Positions 58,051-64,000 of a stretch of DNA of 64,000 bases are shown one piece after another. This DNA comes from Lingula anatina (taxonomy: Eukaryota; Animalia; Brachiopoda): contig CM120640.1 of assembly GCA_051362555.1 (NCBI GenBank), forward strand, positions 69,976,788 through 70,040,787, read 5' to 3'. The notes under the pieces were generated by a model, which did no database searches, was not told where the DNA came from, and worked only from the letters and a program-made list of their open reading frames with translations. Numbering within the stretch: the stretch's first letter is position 1; each line of letters opens with the position of its first letter. The position numbers were made by a program, and so were the translations under genes.

Positions 58051-58330
58051 GATCGTGTGTTACAATTGTAATGATTGCATGAAATACTACGTCAAGTGAA
58101 GTGACTTGACTACGTCAAGTATTTTAGTAGACCAGATTCGGTTCCTAAAGTCATAGGCATGACTTTTTATCTAACTTGCTTTTTTATCTACACCGAAAAC
58201 GGAAGCAAAACTTTTTGCAAGTACTTGCTAACCGCATGTCCATGTCAATATTCCCTTTGTTAGACCACCTTCTGTATTCCACGAATAGCAACAAGTGCAT
58301 TTAACTAATAAAAGAACGGATGTCGCCGGA
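58051..58330 (+). repeat. Second copy of the 280-bp segment, between about 65-bp imperfect direct repeats
   Basis: Both flanks read ATAAGAAAGGTWACCGTAAGTAACAACTAGGTAAWAACTAAAT...CATTAGATAAC. Confidence 0.9.
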
Positions 58331-61300
58331 TAAGAAAGGTAACCGTAAGTAACAACTAGGTAAAAACTAAATATAGGTAGCATTAGATAACGTAGGGTAG
58401 CGTAGGTAACGACAAAAATTCATGACACATCCATAGGTTATAACTAGCAGGACACAAACTGTGTCTCATTTCCAGTTAACCCCCAGCTTCTGCATCGTGC
58501 TGGTAACGAAACGTCAGTGAACACAACTTCTATAAATGGCGGCTAATGTGATGTAACTTAAGTATAACTTTTGGCCCAGAAGTGGGTCTCGGGCATTCAG
58601 GCATTCAGTGCATTACATCAGACGTTTCTAAGGTAACGTTTCGGTAATGCGTTTATGTCTTGCCTGTCATGGCTGGCTGATAAGCCGACAGCAGAATTGA
58701 CAACTGACTTACTGACTTACATTAATAAGTGAAACAACGCCCAGCATCATTCACGCTCGGCGCACAGTTAATGAGCGCCTGGGGCATATCTACTTTCTTT
58801 TAATCGATATACCATTATCTAATAACATGTATCCTCGATTTCCTATTCATTTTGACAAACCCTAAGCAATTATGTCGTGAAATTTTAATTTTTGCGTGGA
58901 ACATGTTCTATATGCTCTTCACGTCGTTATTGCATTTAAGGGTGCCATAATTACTTAACCTGGATAAATTAAGCAACCTTTTTATCTTTATAAATACGAA
59001 TTAAAAAGAGCTCCCATGTGATCGCCAATACAGGTACGTTTTTCGGTCGTCCACACTTGCTTTTGACCCTGGGTCCGTAACACAAGTATATTAAATCCTG
59101 TAAACACGTGGGAAAAACTATCATTAAATTTTCACGCGCAAGGTCATTTAAACCAGAACAGGTACATGTATCATTATATAGCTATTAAGAATTTTACTTA
59201 AATGGGTTGAATGGCTTCCTAAACCTTGTTTATAAGGTGAGCATGTATGTTGTGTCGCTGCGTCATCAAATTTATCCACAAGTCTACTATTCACAAACTG
59301 AATCAGCACGTGTCATTGGCCTCTTGAAACAATCCTAGCCAAAGGAAACACCTAGTTATTTTTGAACATAAAAGAAAAATTCAGTTTCAGAGACCACAAT
59401 TAGCTTCAATAAAAGAGGTAACGGAGCTAATGATTTCCACCGGGGAAAGCTAGGATTCGAGTTCGGTTTGGTAACCAAGGCAATGATATCAATCATAGAG
59501 AATGGCTCCCTCCAGGCGGAATGGACCTGCTTTCAACCGCACACGTTCTGAGCACCGTCAATGAGATACGCGCTAATGACCACAAAACAGAACTTTGTGC
59601 AGAGCAGAACTACAGTACACTTACTGCACCCATAAGCATAGTAGTCCTGGCGACGGTTTTGGCAAAAGTAGGGCTTATACAAAAACCAATGGATTAAAAA
59701 TGCATCACCCCCGTATCTGTTGGAATAATATATTTTAAGGCAGTTCGCCAATCTCGAGGGAAAACAGTGCTTGTCATAAAGAGACAAGTCACAACGTTCA
59801 CTCCGTCCAAATGTTATTTAACACTTCTCTGTCGTTTTCATGCACATTTATACATATTCTTTATAATTTATATACCGATCAGTCACTTTCTGTTATGGTG
59901 GAAATTAAGCATCATAAGTCTTTTCATAATTATTGTTAAACAGCAGAAACTCCACTCTTGCTCAGTTTATTTAATACAAAAATTGTCCAAAAATACTGAT
60001 TCGGAAAAGCGCAAAACGTTTTATTTGGACTATTTTTCATGATCCAATTGTCAAAGAAAATTTAACACTAGTGACGCAAGAACGTTGACATCTCCAGTAG
60101 TAGCAATGGTTATAGAATATAAAATAGAATTATTATTTTCAGTGTGGACAGGTAGTTACAGATGTGATTCAGCCGTCAGTTCGAGAAAAATTGTAAAAAA
60201 GTTGTATTTGACTCGTTGAGAATCTGCCTATATGTTGGATTTCGAATGCAGTTTGTTTAGTCCATGAATTGTGAGCATGGATGTGTGCGTGTGGCAATAA
60301 CTATACTGTATAGTATATGTACAGTTTTGAATAGTTACCTGTACAAATTTGTATTAATCACTTTTCTATAGTCCCTCATGTATAATTTTGTATTTTGGGA
60401 ATAAAACAGTTGTTTAAAAACGTTGATATTACTTAACTGTAAATCAAAATAACAGCAACAGTCTCAGCCAGCAATATAACTGTGGTCTCGGGTGCTTTCA
60501 GTTAGCTCAGACATATTTGTCTAAGATGTCTCACAGCGCTCTTAGACATCAACAAACTCCATTAGCACGACAATGTAGGAGTCTTGACATAATTAACAGC
60601 AGAAACTGCATACTATAGACTATGGTTTGTGTTTCACCAAACCAAATCTTGCTGCATTTGTAACAGGAAAGATTCTATTTAAGAAACGACCAACAGCAGG
60701 GCAATAAAAAAGAAAACGAATACAATGCAACATATCATGTCAGAGAGTCTATATCATCAACAACAAACTCAGAGCCCAAAAGTCCACCATCAGCACATCA
60801 TCGTGTGTCATACACTATAAGAAAAAGCTCACGCTCACCAATGACAGCCTACTTTTAATCCATGCCATACGTTCTGACGTCTTTAAAATTCCCAAAATAA
60901 TATGAAAAACCCGGAAGCAACTAAATCGAAGAAATTACTACCACAAATTGCAGTCCCAAAAGGCTGACATGCAACAGCCAAGAAAGAGGTCGTAAGAGCT
61001 CTCTAACCACATGGCATTAATTATATCTTACCGACATTGATGTATTAATGCATGGTCAATTATTTTTCAGACACGGCCAGAGGTATATGTTGATAGGAAT
61101 AATCGGATATGAAACGAAAACTTCATGAGTAATGGTAAACTGTGGGAGTGTGGTATTAAATTTTTAACTAAATACGCCTGTGGCATTTGCCTTTGTCTGT
61201 TAAGGGTAATGATGTCAGGGGTTTCAACTCATTAATTGCATTAATTGCTTAAATTCAAGGGAGGTCAGACACGAGGTTCCAACGGATACTCTCGGTTATT

Positions 61301-64000
61301 TTTCGGATGCCACCGGATAATTTCCGATGCTGTTGGAAAATGGCCTAGCCATGCTTCAATTTTTTCTTTCAAACTCCAAACTATCAGACGGGCGATAGAT
61401 AAACAATTCTGACAAATTAGGGCCACGACTTCGCTTAGCAACACCGTTTTTGAAGACCCTCCCCTGATGGGACCCTAGGGATAGCAGGTACATTATCAAT
61501 GACCAAATGAAAATGAACCATCGACTTTTTATGATCTCTTTCTTGATAAATGCCCTTGGCTATGCCACAGGGGGCAAAATGCCGAAAGAAATATCACGGG
61601 TTTTAAAGAGAGACCAACAATTTTTCACGGGTCGATATATTAATCTGCCCTATTCAACCACTGTGTTATCTATGTACCTGCTCACAGTGACCTCTATCGA
61701 CCTGTTAAGACTCTCATGGTATCAGCGAGGGTATCTGTCGTTAAAGCTGAATATCAATTCTAACATGATGGTGAGGTGTACATATCGTAAATATTGAAAC
61801 AAAATTAACGAAAAGCAGGCAAATTATTGGTGGAAGGCTTTCCATATCACAACGCAATTTTATCGCATTTCCGACACCTGCCAATGTCAGAGATATCAGT
61901 GTTTGATTAATTTGCCTTGAAATCCTATACGGTGTATTGTTTTTCAGACTCCTCCTGTAAATAACACGTAAAATATAATTTGTCTATATGATCACCGTTT
62001 ACCAACTTTAATGCCGTCATCATTGATGTCTTTGGTTCCAAGCACCCGTATCATTTACACAGTGACACAGTCAATAACAAATTTTCCTAATTATTTTGTT
62101 GCAGTGAAATAAATTAAGGGCCGGTTTCATAAGTTACTTCAGCAGGAAATTGATGATTAAATATAATTCGATATATTGGATACAGAATTCCATACGTAGG
62201 CTATATATGTCAGCTTCATCCACGTCTGAAGTAAACAACTGGAGAGTGACGTCAAAAAAACAACACTTTCTTTCATTCTTCTGATGTAACATTTTCTTAT
62301 GAAGGTTCCATACGTTAGAGGGTCCCATTAGGTACTTTCGTTACTATACCCATAAAAGCCCTTTTGCAGATATGCGTAAAACGTTTATTTTATTAAGCGT
62401 GGTTCGCTAAGCAGCCCATTCCCGTGACTCGTGACTTTTTATTCTTCGCCCTTATTTACTGGGATTTGAGATTTGATGACATTTATTTCCCGTGAACTGT
62501 GCTCACAACGCCCCTGGTACCCTTACTTTATATCTTATCCAGATGCCATTAAATGGTACTTATATTTATCTGGTCTAACAAAAGCACTCCTAAACAAAAT
62601 TAAACCTGACTGGCCTGATTTTAACCCTACCTAATTCTGTGTGAGTATTTAAACCAGATTCATCGAACTCACACGGCATAAATTACCCCTTTTTTAATTT
62701 CACTTTCACGTTTTTCCGGATCTACTATTAAAAGAGCCACATTCACATGTCATAATATGTTTTCAAAGGATTTGAAGCATTTAGCTAATTATGTTTGTGC
62801 ACATAAAACGCAGAGAAATCAGTTCATTTCGGACTAGTTGTAGGCCAATTCAAAAACAAAAGCAAAAAAAAATATAATAAAACTATTGTACCGGGTTAAC
62901 TTATTAACACAGCTGCATTTGTATCTATGAGAATCTACAATTGTGTCAATTGAACAGCAGATCTATCAAAGTCAGCATAGCCGATATTGTTAGCTATAAA
63001 TCATGAGGCATCTTTCAGTGTAAAAACAAATACAGCAGATGGTTCTGTTGCCACTTGTTATTTGTAATATGTGTTATGATGGCATCTGGTATAACTGGGT
63101 CATCTCCACCTTAAAAAAATCAATACAAGTGAAATTTGTCATTACACTGAATCATCCCAGTTCAGTGTTCATCACAATTCAGTCAAAATAGCGGTAAGAA
63201 TGAGCCACCGAAATTACATTTACTATGATTTAGAGACTGCAAGCTGTATTATCAGAACAGTTTTTGAAATTATTTCGTACACAGCATAAAATGCCGTATG
63301 TATAAATGTAGGCCTACATGTAAACGCGTACATCCAATTTAGAAAATGTGTACACAACCACCAGGAGTGCGCATGCACCAATAAATCAACAACTATACAA
63401 ACGCAGAAAGTATAAAAAGAGTTTAATCAAATATCCCGTATGGAATCGTTGCGAATGTTGTCCTCATAAATCGTATTTGTTGTTGTCAAGCATTAACAGA
63501 ACATTGACCCTTGGATGTTCCCCTTCGGCCGCCGCTTGTTTTCTTCTACCCTCTAAAACAAATCAATCCCCTTTACGCAGGTCAGCCGACTTAAAGAGTG
63601 AATCACAGAACAGTACTCAGGCGAGAATCAATGGTTCATTTATGCCACTCACTGACTGAGAATTTTCGCCGCAGTCTTGCGCACGGCCTCTTACGTCGGT
63701 TAGTTTTCTAATAGTTAATGGTTGTCGAGCGTTCATAAGCCATAGCGAAAACAATTGAATAAATTGAATAAAAATTGGCAACTGAGTAGAAATTGAATTA
63801 CTATAAGTTAGAAATGTGTTGAATTAGATAACAGAATTGAACCATGGCATGTTTATGTGGTTAATTCGGAGTTGTCAGGTCATCGAGAGCGTGTTCGGGG
63901 ACCCTAGATACGAGAGAACAGTTCAGCCAACAATTGAAGTTGAAGATCAGCAGATAACAAAACCCACTTGCTTCATTGGTGAAGCGTGAACAGCACATTA

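Noticed and set aside
54400-64000. Short ORFs in the right-hand 10 kb
   Set aside because: They have low-complexity or random composition and form no exon chain; the region is likely intronic or intergenic.

Overview
This is an AT-rich, intron-rich animal genomic window; the repeat style suggests an invertebrate, probably a mollusc or other lophotrochozoan, though the taxon is not provable from this sequence. Most short ORFs in the track are noise. Reading splice sites by hand gives two head-to-head gene pairs. The first is AEBP2/jing (minus strand, 3' exons not located) opposite a 19-coding-exon, about 908-aa polytopic membrane protein that resembles plant NO EXINE FORMATION 1 (NEF1) along its length and contains a U12-type intron. 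The second is RAB21 (minus strand, 221 aa) opposite TBC1D15/17 (plus strand, about 664 aa), with 386 bp between their ATGs. The 3' end of an unidentified minus-strand membrane protein, with two candidate terminal exons, lies at 52-54 kb. Repeats include a Helentron/HINE-like element carrying a 146-bp satellite, several MITEs, minisatellites and a 280-bp local duplication that looks like a templated insertion. In three different genes, an exon 3' end plus its splice donor has been duplicated or amplified into an array. All homology calls are from memory; no database search was run.
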